Shown: in pieces, positions 10,501 to 18,717 of the stretch
Layout of the letters: each line of letters begins with the position of its first letter
How positions within the stretch are numbered: the first letter of the stretch is position 1
Source of the DNA: an archaeon
GTDB taxonomy: Archaea; Iainarchaeota; Iainarchaeia; Iainarchaeales; JAAZKV01
DNA: 64,000 bases
NCBI GenBank assembly: GCA_041650735.1
Contig: JBAZKP010000001.1
Coordinates: 310,754-374,753 of the forward strand
Direction of reading: 5' to 3'
The notes under the pieces: model-generated
The model's database searches: none
The model's input: only the letters and a program-made list of their open reading frames with translations
What the model was told of the DNA's origin: nothing
Program-made: the position numbers and the translations under genes

Positions 10501-11170
10501 AAGTGGGGGCAGAATGGATGCACCCCTTGTTTTTACAATAATAATAAACCCTTCAGAGGTTGATGATGAGGTGCATAAAATGGAAACCTGCTGGAACTTT
10601 CCATTAGAATTATATGAAAAATCATTGAATGTATGCGAGCCCAATATTGAATTAGAAACAGTAAAAAACAGGTTGGAAAAAGAAAAACAATACTCAGGCA
10701 TGGGCTTTACTCATGATACAAATATTTTTGACGAAGGCCCAAAAATGTCGCGTTACATCCAGTTAAAAACAATGGATGAAAAAATCCAACGCCAAAACAA
10801 TTTACAGAAAAAAATAATGGCTGTTAATGCGAAAGATGCGTTGGAAAAAGTTATGGGCTCGCACTTCTTGCCAGATATAATTGGAAATGCGCGTGCATTC
10901 TCAAGACAAACATTTAGATGTACAACATGCAACGAAATATATCGTAGAGTGCCATTATCCGGGAAATGCTACAAATGCGGAAAAAGCACTATTATTCTCA
11001 CAATACATGAAGGCTCTGTGCGCAAATATTTGAAAATAGCGCAGAATATGGCAAAACAGGAAAACCTATCTTCCTATTTAATACAAAGGTTGGATATGAT
11101 AGAAAAAGAAATTGATTCAGTATTCAAATCAGACACAGTAAAACAAAAAAGTTTGTTTGAATTTGCTTAA
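7583..11170 (+). CDS. polC: DNA polymerase D large catalytic subunit DP2
   Basis: YFAGPIRAAGG, FRLRYGR, GGRMGRPE, Zn fingers, KRRNIDGDQD catalytic motif, GGRMDAPL; follows DP1; no intein-size insertion. Confidence 0.95.
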   Translation: MIFMDKEIKKQETQNVGQVLGSLQEKKFDTPFTEEEKKRQSTVKKLSSAEMISQEIHFPAEPQVKEYFKIIQKETSKVFSLAEKAKKTGCDLTDFVEVTPAVDLADRTEIIIGLPGLAKRFREIFAEAKDRRKAYFILFREILEQKWWKIPDDAKRIETAIKACLLIETEGVVVAPLDGVPKVEINTNPDGSKYVDIYFAGPIRAAGGSSTVVPLLLADYGRTLMGLDRYKPTQDELERYVEEIGIYQTEVISRQYTMKDEEIRIIITGCPVCINGVPTEEVEVSAHRDLARVPTNRIRGGMGLVVAEGLALKALWVMKTAKEHGLNWDFLEKIVKVEKTQTKIEIKPNKAFLDRLAAGRPILAYPSAWGGFRLRYGRGRNTGIMAKAINPATMILVDEFIAVGTHGRIERPGKATQFFPCTTIEGPVVLLKDGTVMRVNTREEAETVKAQLEKIIYLGDLLATFGDFKKSAHPLIPVGYCEEWWQLELKKMCEEESKKNKLKSLGLENILIVRIGEVRKISEKDALILSHELNLPLHPNFIHFYKALNKKEIVMLREYLLTAKIEKNSDNLVKLIAENKHEEKKLLERIGLPHKIQEGFIVIDENALSLIETFALETKKQSTSENVLDYLSEISGITIKDKAGSFIGGRMGRPEQAKPRQMKGNPHVLFPIGLKGGSTRSINKAIDENYNESGKVNVEIAEYYCAQCKKISTNHLCTTCNIIGARLNFCKHCGKSVTGENCGICGNKTVRAGEHEVDLRTLVEKAQKNIFEPVLSDTIKGVKGMIAEVKEVEPLEKGILRAKHDIHMFRDGTSRFELLNAGITHFKPTEINLSVEKVKELGYVKDIYGKEITDTNQMIEIYPQDIVVNETCGDWLLKVSRFCDDLLEKFYKQKRFYNAKTKEDLIGHIVLGLAPHTSAAVNSRILGYTKARLGFGHPYFVCAKRRNIDGDQDSLLLLMDALLNFSQKYLSTKSGGRMDAPLVFTIIINPSEVDDEVHKMETCWNFPLELYEKSLNVCEPNIELETVKNRLEKEKQYSGMGFTHDTNIFDEGPKMSRYIQLKTMDEKIQRQNNLQKKIMAVNAKDALEKVMGSHFLPDIIGNARAFSRQTFRCTTCNEIYRRVPLSGKCYKCGKSTIILTIHEGSVRKYLKIAQNMAKQENLSSYLIQRLDMIEKEIDSVFKSDTVKQKSLFEFA

Positions 11171-11227
11171 GATGAAAAGTATTTATTTGAGTTACTTGTA
11201 TGTATTATTAGTTTTGGTTTTGATTTT

Positions 11228-11485
11228 ATGAATACAAAAAAAGAAATTAATGCAATAAAAGAAAGGAATGCAAGAGTGGAGGCGGACAAAGCTTGGGAAG
11301 TTAGTCTTACCCGTAAAATAGTTATTGCAATCTTAACTTACTTAGTAATTGTTTTGTTTTTCCTTGTTGCAAATTTGCCAAACCCCTTTGTTAATGCAAT
11401 AGTTCCGACAGCGGGGTTTGCAATATCAACGCTTTCTTTACCATTTTTCAAAAACTTTTGGATAAAAAGAATTTATAGAAAATAA
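11228..11485 (+). CDS. Small two-TM hypothetical protein
   Basis: 85-aa ORF with AWEVSLTRK followed by two hydrophobic segments. Confidence 0.6.
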   Translation: MNTKKEINAIKERNARVEADKAWEVSLTRKIVIAILTYLVIVLFFLVANLPNPFVNAIVPTAGFAISTLSLPFFKNFWIKRIYRK

Positions 11486-11518
11486 TTATCTACAGAAGAT
11501 AATAGTTGTGGAAAATAA

Positions 11519-12730
11519 TTAATTCATTGCCTTAAATAATTCTTTTTCCAAAACAGTTTTGATTTTTCCTGCATCAAAACCTAATTTGATTAATCTTGTC
11601 TGACCCCTCATTCCTTTCCCGGATGTTGTAACCAAGATGAGCCCGTACATTTCCAGTTCATTAATGTATTGCCTGTACCATCTGCTGGTTATGGTGCGTT
11701 CCTCAAATTTTTTTGCAAACTCAAGATAAGTTTCAAAAATTTCTCCAGAATACAATACCCCTTCTTCTATTTCCCCACTTACTTTCCTTATCCCTCTTTT
11801 TTGAGTGGTAAGGTGCGCGATTGCATACAAAACTAGTTGTTGCTGTAAAGGCAAAGTAGAAATCATTGACAAAATAATTTCCTCTTCAACACTCGCTTTA
11901 GCTTTCTCAACATGCTTATCAGTAATTACTTCAGAACTTTCATTATCAGCAATTTCTCCCGCTCTTTGCATAAGCATTACCGCTGTTCTTGCATCCCCTG
12001 ATTCCTGTGCCGCAATAGCTGAAGCCAAAAAAATAGCTGATTCAGAAACGACATTAGCTTTGAAAGCCAATGCAGAGCGTTCATCCAATATTTGTTTTAA
12101 TTCATTCGCATTATAAGGATTGAAAACAAGTTCGTGCTCACACAAAGAACTTTTGGTCCGCGGATCAAGCTTTTCTTTAAACATTAAATTATTTGAAATT
12201 CCTATTAATGTGACTGAACCTGATTCAACTTCGTCATTTCCTCTGCTTAGGGAATAAACCAAATCATCAACATCCTTTACTTTATCAATCTCATCAAGCA
12301 CTAAAATAAGGTGGGCTTTTTTCTGATTAGCAAACTCAAGTAGTTTTTCGTAAACAAAAGAAGCGCTGTACCCCAAGAAATCTTTTTCAGGATAAAAACT
12401 TCTTAATGCTTTAAGTAGGGCTTTGTATTTGGAAGAATGGCTCCTACAATTAATATAACAAGAAAAAGAACTAATAGAATTCTTTTTTACAAAAAAATCC
12501 AATTGCTCAAGAACATGCTTAACAGTGCTTGTCTTGCCTGTACCTGTTTTACCATAAATGAACAGGTTATTTGGCTTGGAATTTTTTATTACCGCTGACA
12601 AAGCTTGTGTTATATCCTCAATTTGTTTCTCACGAAAAGGAAGTTTTTCGGGAATATAATGGGGGGAAATAATATCCTTATTCAAGAAAACAGAGTTTTT
12701 AGCCATTTGTTTTTCAAAAATATTTTCCAT
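11519..12730 (-). CDS. cdc6: Orc1/Cdc6 replication initiator
   Basis: Walker A GKTGTGKT, Walker B LVLDEID, GDART sensor, C-terminal winged helix; ATG 12730 with GAGGGTGA SD. Confidence 0.93.
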   Translation of the reverse strand: MENIFEKQMAKNSVFLNKDIISPHYIPEKLPFREKQIEDITQALSAVIKNSKPNNLFIYGKTGTGKTSTVKHVLEQLDFFVKKNSISSFSCYINCRSHSSKYKALLKALRSFYPEKDFLGYSASFVYEKLLEFANQKKAHLILVLDEIDKVKDVDDLVYSLSRGNDEVESGSVTLIGISNNLMFKEKLDPRTKSSLCEHELVFNPYNANELKQILDERSALAFKANVVSESAIFLASAIAAQESGDARTAVMLMQRAGEIADNESSEVITDKHVEKAKASVEEEIILSMISTLPLQQQLVLYAIAHLTTQKRGIRKVSGEIEEGVLYSGEIFETYLEFAKKFEERTITSRWYRQYINELEMYGLILVTTSGKGMRGQTRLIKLGFDAGKIKTVLEKELFKAMN

Positions 12731-12739
12731 CAAGCTCAC

Positions 12740-13000
12740 CCTCTTGATTTACCTAAATCAAGCCCCTTTTAAGTTATTAGTCATTAGAAACAAATAAAAA
12801 TACTGGCTCCTTCACTTCCGACAAAAAACTTCCACTAATATAGTGTCTTTCAAAATAATATACTTTAAGTGTTCGAAAACCAAACCAGAAAAGTGATTCA
12901 ACAAAGATTAGTTTTTTTTATTCATTTTTTGAAATATTTTTTTTAGTATTAAATTTTTTTTTAAATTAAAATTTTTGTTATGGTTAAATTATGTGGAATT
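12740..13000. other. Candidate replication origin (oriC) between cdc6 and sepF
   Basis: Non-coding gap upstream of cdc6; very AT-rich tract about 12905-12985; partial ORB-like AGTGGAAG (minus strand, about 12827-12836); 8-bp inverted repeat CTTGATTT-acct-AAATCAAG at 12743-12762. Confidence 0.4.
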
Positions 13001-13068
13001 GCCTCTCGCCATAGGGCTTTTATATGTTTTGCTTAAGAAAGAATAATTAAGACGCGCTTTTACGCGGG

Positions 13069-13434
13069 GTGGTTAGTTTGGGTTTTTTTGATAAAGTAAT
13101 GAAAAAAGATTCTTCAGTTGACTTGGATGATTTTTTGAATAATTTAGACCAAGTTCAGGAAGAGACATATGAAAATGCTGATGCTTTGGTTAAGCCACTT
13201 GACTTAAACACTGAAGTAGATGCAGATGCAGTAATAAAAGAAGTAAAACAAGGAAATCTTGTTTTAGCTAATATAGCTGATTTGAATAAGAGAAACAAAG
13301 CTAAGTTAAAAGAACTCTTGTCAAGAATAAAATCAGAGGTTAGAGCAATAGACGGCGATATGGCTGGAATATCAGCTGACAGAGTACTAGTAACTCCCTC
13401 AAAAGTAAAAATCATAAAGAAAAAAGGACAGTGA
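13069..13434 (+). CDS. sepF: Cell division protein SepF
   Basis: Acidic N-terminal linker, then KEVKQGNLVLANI...IDGDMAGIS...VLVTPSKVKI SepF core. Confidence 0.8.
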   Translation: MVSLGFFDKVMKKDSSVDLDDFLNNLDQVQEETYENADALVKPLDLNTEVDADAVIKEVKQGNLVLANIADLNKRNKAKLKELLSRIKSEVRAIDGDMAGISADRVLVTPSKVKIIKKKGQ

Positions 13435-13439
13435 GTTAA

Positions 13440-14252
13440 TTGTACTTAGGCAATCCATTGTTGCCTATTAATATAACCGCTATAGGCGCAGCTAGTTCTA
13501 TCAAAAAAGAACTGGAATCTAAAAATTGGCACGAGTATGAGTTAAGACCTTTAAAACTCAACTTAGTGCCCTATTTTTTGTTCAACTACCATTACTATCT
13601 TGAGAATGGAGGAGATAGCAAAAAAACAATTAAAAGCACTGTTCATGGATTACTTGCCGTTGATGGGCACAAAATTGAAGTGAGGGAGGACTTAGTTGAA
13701 TTGCTGAAAAGCAATTGGAAAAAATCTTCTCCAGAAATCCCGCGAGGAGAATTTTATGAAAAATGGAATAATGTTGATAAACGCGAACAAGATGAAGTGC
13801 TCCAGTTAAAAACAGCACAATTCTTTGGAGTTCCAAAACCCAATGTTGTTATCTCGAGTCCGAAAAAAATGCTTGTACCACTTTACAAAACAACGGCAAT
13901 TGTTGATGAAAAAGAATACTCTTTAATCATAAATGCCATTGATGGATCCATTCAAGGGATAAAAGAAATTCCTGAAAGAGAAAAAAGTTACATGGAAATA
14001 ACAAAAGAAACAATTAATGACTTGAAAAAACCAAGTTCATGGATAAGATACTCCAAAGAAGCTTTATTTGAAGGAAGCGGAGCAATAGCAAAAAAAATAA
14101 GCAATACTAATGCAGAAAAAAGTTCTACGGAAAAAAAAGCATCAAAAAGCATTGATTTATCCTTTCTAGACAGCAAATTAATTCTGATACTAATCATGAT
14201 ATTAGGCTTATTGCTAATATTCATGGGATTATTCAGGATAAAGCCAATATAA
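13440..14252 (+). CDS. Hypothetical protein with C-terminal TM anchor
   Basis: 270-aa ORF 5 nt after sepF; hydrophobic C-terminal helix. Confidence 0.65.
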   Translation: MYLGNPLLPINITAIGAASSIKKELESKNWHEYELRPLKLNLVPYFLFNYHYYLENGGDSKKTIKSTVHGLLAVDGHKIEVREDLVELLKSNWKKSSPEIPRGEFYEKWNNVDKREQDEVLQLKTAQFFGVPKPNVVISSPKKMLVPLYKTTAIVDEKEYSLIINAIDGSIQGIKEIPEREKSYMEITKETINDLKKPSSWIRYSKEALFEGSGAIAKKISNTNAEKSSTEKKASKSIDLSFLDSKLILILIMILGLLLIFMGLFRIKPI

Positions 14253-14285
14253 CTAATTGAAGAATCTGATTTTTATAGACTTTTT

Positions 14286-16997
14286 TTAGCTTGAAAGAGT
14301 TTCTCTTATTTCGCAAAGCCGAGCATCAGTAATTGTATCCTTCATTGCATCCAAATCTTGGAGTATTTTTTGCTGGTTCCAAAACAAAACCCATTTCTCT
14401 GAACTAGAACTGATTTTCTCGTTTGCAACACAAATCTCTTCACTCTTGATTTTATCGAAAACCTCTGCAACGCTATAAGCTTTATGTATTGAAACAGCTG
14501 GCTTCAAGGTTAAATTATCGCTGCCAGCAGGAACACTATTTATGTAAAACTTGTGACCTGCCAGGATTACTTGTACCTCTTCAGGCAAATAAACAACAGT
14601 TTCCAAGTACATACTGTTATTATCAACAACCCCTCCGTTTGATTCATCCTTCCATAGCTCAGGTATAACATAATTAGTGCCTGAAAGCGTATCAGGAACA
14701 CGGTAAGGTAAAGTCTTTACCCCGCCAGGAGGAGAAGCACTTGTTGTCACGCACCCATTTTCAAGAGTGCTTGCAAAACCTGACCAGTAAGTGAAAGTAT
14801 CTCCTGAATAATTAGTGGTTGTGAAACTCGCATCAGAAACCCCGTTTCCTTGTCCAGTAACTTTAATGAACAAAGGAATAGCATAAGTCTTGTAAAATTT
14901 ATTGTAATTAATTACAGACTCGTTTCTGCTAAAGTCCATTACCAAGCCCCTATCTTGGACATTTGAAGCATAAGCTGTAGGCACTTGGTTAACTAGTTCC
15001 ATTTTCTCAGCAAAAGAATCTGTGCTGTCATCCTCGTAAAAGAACCAATTGTAAGAAGGATTAGATTTTTTTTCAAGGGAAACAGTGATATTAATCAACG
15101 GGTTCAACTCTCCGCTTGGCAAGAACAAATAATTATCTGAATAATTAATCTCGCCCGTTAGTGCAGTACTAATTTTCACGTTATATAATCCTGATTCCAA
15201 TGCTTTATCGCTTGCAGAACCAGTTTTTTCATAAGCAATGCTTTTCATTAGTGCATCAAATTTTATTTTGCTGAAACCATAGAATCCTACGTTTACAAAA
15301 GGTATGTATTGTATTTTTGCCAAAGAATTGTTTATGGTTGTTGAATCAATGTTTTGTTTTCTCAAATAAGCGCTGAACGCGCTTAGGTTAGAATCCTCTT
15401 TCATTAAAGAAGCGATTTTTGTATTTGTCTCATCTATTTTTGCCTGATTGTTGGTTGACTGGTATAAGTAAAGATCCTGTTGAGCTTTATTTAGAGCTAA
15501 TCTTACCCCTTCGATTTTTTCAAGCTTTTCGGACAACTGTACTAAGAATTCTCTTTGTGAACAATAAACCCAATCAGGATTTTCAGGAGAACACTCATCT
15601 ATGGAAATAAGCTTTTCGTTTACAACCACTGTGCCAGCAGTGCTTTTTGTGTTAGAGCCTTCATTGTTGCAAGGTTCTTCCCATGTCTGTAAGCACTTAT
15701 TTTTGTCTTCGCACCAAGTATATCCAGCTGCAGTTAAGCACCCATACTCATCCCTATCCCCACCAATGACCTCACTTTCAGGTGCATTTTTTCTGCCGAA
15801 GTAAAGGTTTATTCTTGGGTAAACAATTTCCCCTGTTTTTCCTATTGTACCATCATCAGCTATACAATAACTTTCTTCTTCAGATGCAATAACCTCTATT
15901 TGGAAATCCTGTTTATCAAGGAAACCAACCTGGAAACTAACCTCATTGGAAGAATCATTGAAAGAACTTTTTGCGAGTGCAGTTGCAGAGTAATTTACAT
16001 TAAGTTTTATTCCTGAAATTGTTTTTGGAATCCCGCTAAAATTAAGAGTAACCGTTGCAGGAATAATCATTGATTGGTTAGGACTAATAGTAAATCCTTT
16101 ATATGTATCCGTGACACCGCAAGTAACCCCACTAGGGCAATCTAAAGAATAATTCTCTATTTTTTCGATGTAATGGGAAGTGTTTTTTAATGTGAAAAAT
16201 ATTTCTTCAGTTGTAGTGCCTGAATTGTTAAATGAATTTACTCTTTTTATTAGCGGTGCTATTATATCCATGCTTGGGTCTTCAACAAATATTTTTCCTC
16301 TGGTAATATCAGTGTGCATTATATAAGGAGAATAACGGCTTACTCCATTTGGAGAAATAGTGCCCAGTCTCAAAGAAATATCATATTCTCCTGCATTTTT
16401 GAAAATATAACCAATCCCTCCATCAGGCTTCTGAAAATCATCTCCCAATGCTCCGCCACCAACTATTATAATGTTTGATGCACTACAAGTTCCTTTTGCA
16501 GGAAAATAAACCCCGTTGTTTTTATAACAAATAGTTGCACTATCCGAAGCGGTTACACAATATCGGAATGGTTCCAAATTGGTTTCTTGATTTATTGGGC
16601 CTCCTTCATAGTTTAACCCAGCAGTAGCAAGTATTTCCCCAGTAGTATTATTGAACATGTCAACGTAATTAATCCAGTTTATTCCTTCAGGCTGGCTGTC
16701 TGAAGCAAACAATATACTCCGCAGTCCCCTAAAATAAAAAATGCTTCCAGTAGGGACAGTGTACACGAACTGTATGTTCCCCGAGGGCTTTTCAGGACCA
16801 GCAATAGAACCATTTTCATAAGCATTAATGTAATAACTCTCTGCAGGTGCAACAATCCTCGTTATTTCTTGCCTTATGCAATTATCAGTTGTTTCTGTTC
16901 CACCACTAGTGTATTCATATGCGAACACTGGCAAAGCAAGAGCCAAAACAAACAATCCTGTGTAGAAAAGCACTATTGCTTTGTTTTGCCCCATCAT
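14286..16997 (-). CDS. Large secreted/surface protein with small GGDRDEYGC Cys module and lineage-type C-terminal module
   Basis: Signal peptide from ATG 16997 (ATGA overlap with upstream gene); GGDRDEYGCLTAAGYTWCEDKNKCLQTWEEPC insert; Asn/Ser/Thr-rich beta content. Confidence 0.75.
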   Translation of the reverse strand: MMGQNKAIVLFYTGLFVLALALPVFAYEYTSGGTETTDNCIRQEITRIVAPAESYYINAYENGSIAGPEKPSGNIQFVYTVPTGSIFYFRGLRSILFASDSQPEGINWINYVDMFNNTTGEILATAGLNYEGGPINQETNLEPFRYCVTASDSATICYKNNGVYFPAKGTCSASNIIIVGGGALGDDFQKPDGGIGYIFKNAGEYDISLRLGTISPNGVSRYSPYIMHTDITRGKIFVEDPSMDIIAPLIKRVNSFNNSGTTTEEIFFTLKNTSHYIEKIENYSLDCPSGVTCGVTDTYKGFTISPNQSMIIPATVTLNFSGIPKTISGIKLNVNYSATALAKSSFNDSSNEVSFQVGFLDKQDFQIEVIASEEESYCIADDGTIGKTGEIVYPRINLYFGRKNAPESEVIGGDRDEYGCLTAAGYTWCEDKNKCLQTWEEPCNNEGSNTKSTAGTVVVNEKLISIDECSPENPDWVYCSQREFLVQLSEKLEKIEGVRLALNKAQQDLYLYQSTNNQAKIDETNTKIASLMKEDSNLSAFSAYLRKQNIDSTTINNSLAKIQYIPFVNVGFYGFSKIKFDALMKSIAYEKTGSASDKALESGLYNVKISTALTGEINYSDNYLFLPSGELNPLINITVSLEKKSNPSYNWFFYEDDSTDSFAEKMELVNQVPTAYASNVQDRGLVMDFSRNESVINYNKFYKTYAIPLFIKVTGQGNGVSDASFTTTNYSGDTFTYWSGFASTLENGCVTTSASPPGGVKTLPYRVPDTLSGTNYVIPELWKDESNGGVVDNNSMYLETVVYLPEEVQVILAGHKFYINSVPAGSDNLTLKPAVSIHKAYSVAEVFDKIKSEEICVANEKISSSSEKWVLFWNQQKILQDLDAMKDTITDARLCEIRETLSS

Positions 16998-18682
16998 TTT
17001 TTTCTCACCGTTTTGAGTGCGTTCATCCCAATAATTAATGCTACAATCAGGACTAATAAAGCTATCCATGCAATTAATGGGATAGAAAAAATTTGGTCCT
17101 CAAACATTATTGAAGGGATGCACTGACCCTTGCAACAAATACCTTGGTTTGAATTAAATGAGGAAGAAGTGCAAGTGAATCCTTGTCCGCAAACATTATC
17201 ATAACAATCAAACAGCTTTTCCGCGTTCTCATCATAAGTAGTTTCTCCTAGTTCGCCTTGGTTTCTTTTCTCAGAAGGCAAAGCAAGGTTCAGAGTAATC
17301 AACTGTTGTTGTTTAGTATCCAAATCATCCACTATGAGGAAAAGATTCTCTTTAGGTACAACAAGCATTTTTGAATACAAAACAAAGGTACTGATTTTTT
17401 CTTCAAACAAAGTCTTGTCAGTTGAAAAAAGCTTTACTTGTGCATTAATACTATTTTTCTTTAACGAAAAAGAAAGCACGCTTGTAGCATCATCAAAATT
17501 CCAATTAACCTCAACAGGGGTCGGGAAGGCCTCATCATACGCTGCTTGTATTTCTTCCTGCAAAGTGCCAAAGCACTCGTTTTCAAGCACATTATTTTCT
17601 TTTATAATCTTGATGCAGATGCTTGAGAAAGATTTTGAGTTCAATACTAACTCTTTCTTGATTACCTCTCCAGCTTTAATGAGGGTAATGCTTGAAGAAG
17701 TTTCTTCCACCAAAGAACTTCCATCAAACACCTCAGCTTTTACTAAAATATCTTTTGTTTCAGGGGTATTAATGTAATCAGGGCTCCCTGACAAAATAAT
17801 TGAAACAAAATAATTTTTTGTATCCCAGCCATTGACAAAAACTTTTCTCGCTTTAGCAGTTTCACCTTTAACAATAACCCTGTTCTTGTACACAGACTCT
17901 GTCTCATTCCCATTATACAACTTCATGTTTATTTCGTAAGCGGAAGGAATTTTTGGAGCAATAAGCTCAACATTCACTGTCACGCTTGAATTAGCAGGAA
18001 TACTAGGAACACTAAATTTCTTTTCATCATCTATATTACAAGACACTGAATCCCATTCGCAAACAGAAACCCCTATTTCCATAGAAGATTTTTGTGTATT
18101 AGAATTATTGTCTATTACAATACTCCCTGTTATTTTTTCTTCAGGTGAAACATAAGAACCCTGTTGGCCCGCAACCTCATTAAATTTTGTTTCAATTCTA
18201 TTAATCACTGCTCTTGTTTTTTTTGCTGTGCCTGAAACAGTGAATTGTTTTGAAGAAGGGGAAAGGAAAATACTGCTTACTCCAACAAACCTAGATTTTA
18301 TTACCCATGAATAAACATCAAGCCTATAATTACCACTACTTTGTGCATTTAAAGAAAAAGGGATTGATTTGTTAGAACCAGGCAAAACAAAATCAATAGG
18401 GATTATTTGTTCAAGGAAAACATTGTCGTTTTGTGAAGAATAAGTTCCTTCCGCAAGCTGGAGTACAAGGTTTCCCCCTATTAATGGATAAACCTCTGTG
18501 TTTCGCACAACAATATTTCCTGAAACAGGTTCATTTACAGAAAAAACATTTTTATCAAACTCAATGCTTGCAGTTCCATGCCACATAGCATCATTTGGAC
18601 TAAGCTCTGCTGCACTCACTCCGCAGAACAAAAACATTAACACTAATGCAATACCTAGCAAAAATTTTTTCTCCATAAACAT
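16994..18682 (-). CDS. Secreted Ig-like-domain protein with C-terminal TM anchor
   Basis: Signal peptide, beta-sandwich-like repeats, Cys cluster before C-terminal TM and basic tail. Confidence 0.75.
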   Translation of the reverse strand: MFMEKKFLLGIALVLMFLFCGVSAAELSPNDAMWHGTASIEFDKNVFSVNEPVSGNIVVRNTEVYPLIGGNLVLQLAEGTYSSQNDNVFLEQIIPIDFVLPGSNKSIPFSLNAQSSGNYRLDVYSWVIKSRFVGVSSIFLSPSSKQFTVSGTAKKTRAVINRIETKFNEVAGQQGSYVSPEEKITGSIVIDNNSNTQKSSMEIGVSVCEWDSVSCNIDDEKKFSVPSIPANSSVTVNVELIAPKIPSAYEINMKLYNGNETESVYKNRVIVKGETAKARKVFVNGWDTKNYFVSIILSGSPDYINTPETKDILVKAEVFDGSSLVEETSSSITLIKAGEVIKKELVLNSKSFSSICIKIIKENNVLENECFGTLQEEIQAAYDEAFPTPVEVNWNFDDATSVLSFSLKKNSINAQVKLFSTDKTLFEEKISTFVLYSKMLVVPKENLFLIVDDLDTKQQQLITLNLALPSEKRNQGELGETTYDENAEKLFDCYDNVCGQGFTCTSSSFNSNQGICCKGQCIPSIMFEDQIFSIPLIAWIALLVLIVALIIGMNALKTVRKK

Positions 18683-18717
18683 TCCTCAAATAATTTTCAT
18701 TAATTTTTTCTTTTATC

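Noticed and set aside
7583-11170. Intein or inactivation in DP2 (IDGDQD instead of CDGDED)
   Set aside because: Length is normal, no splice motifs, and the two catalytic Asp residues are retained
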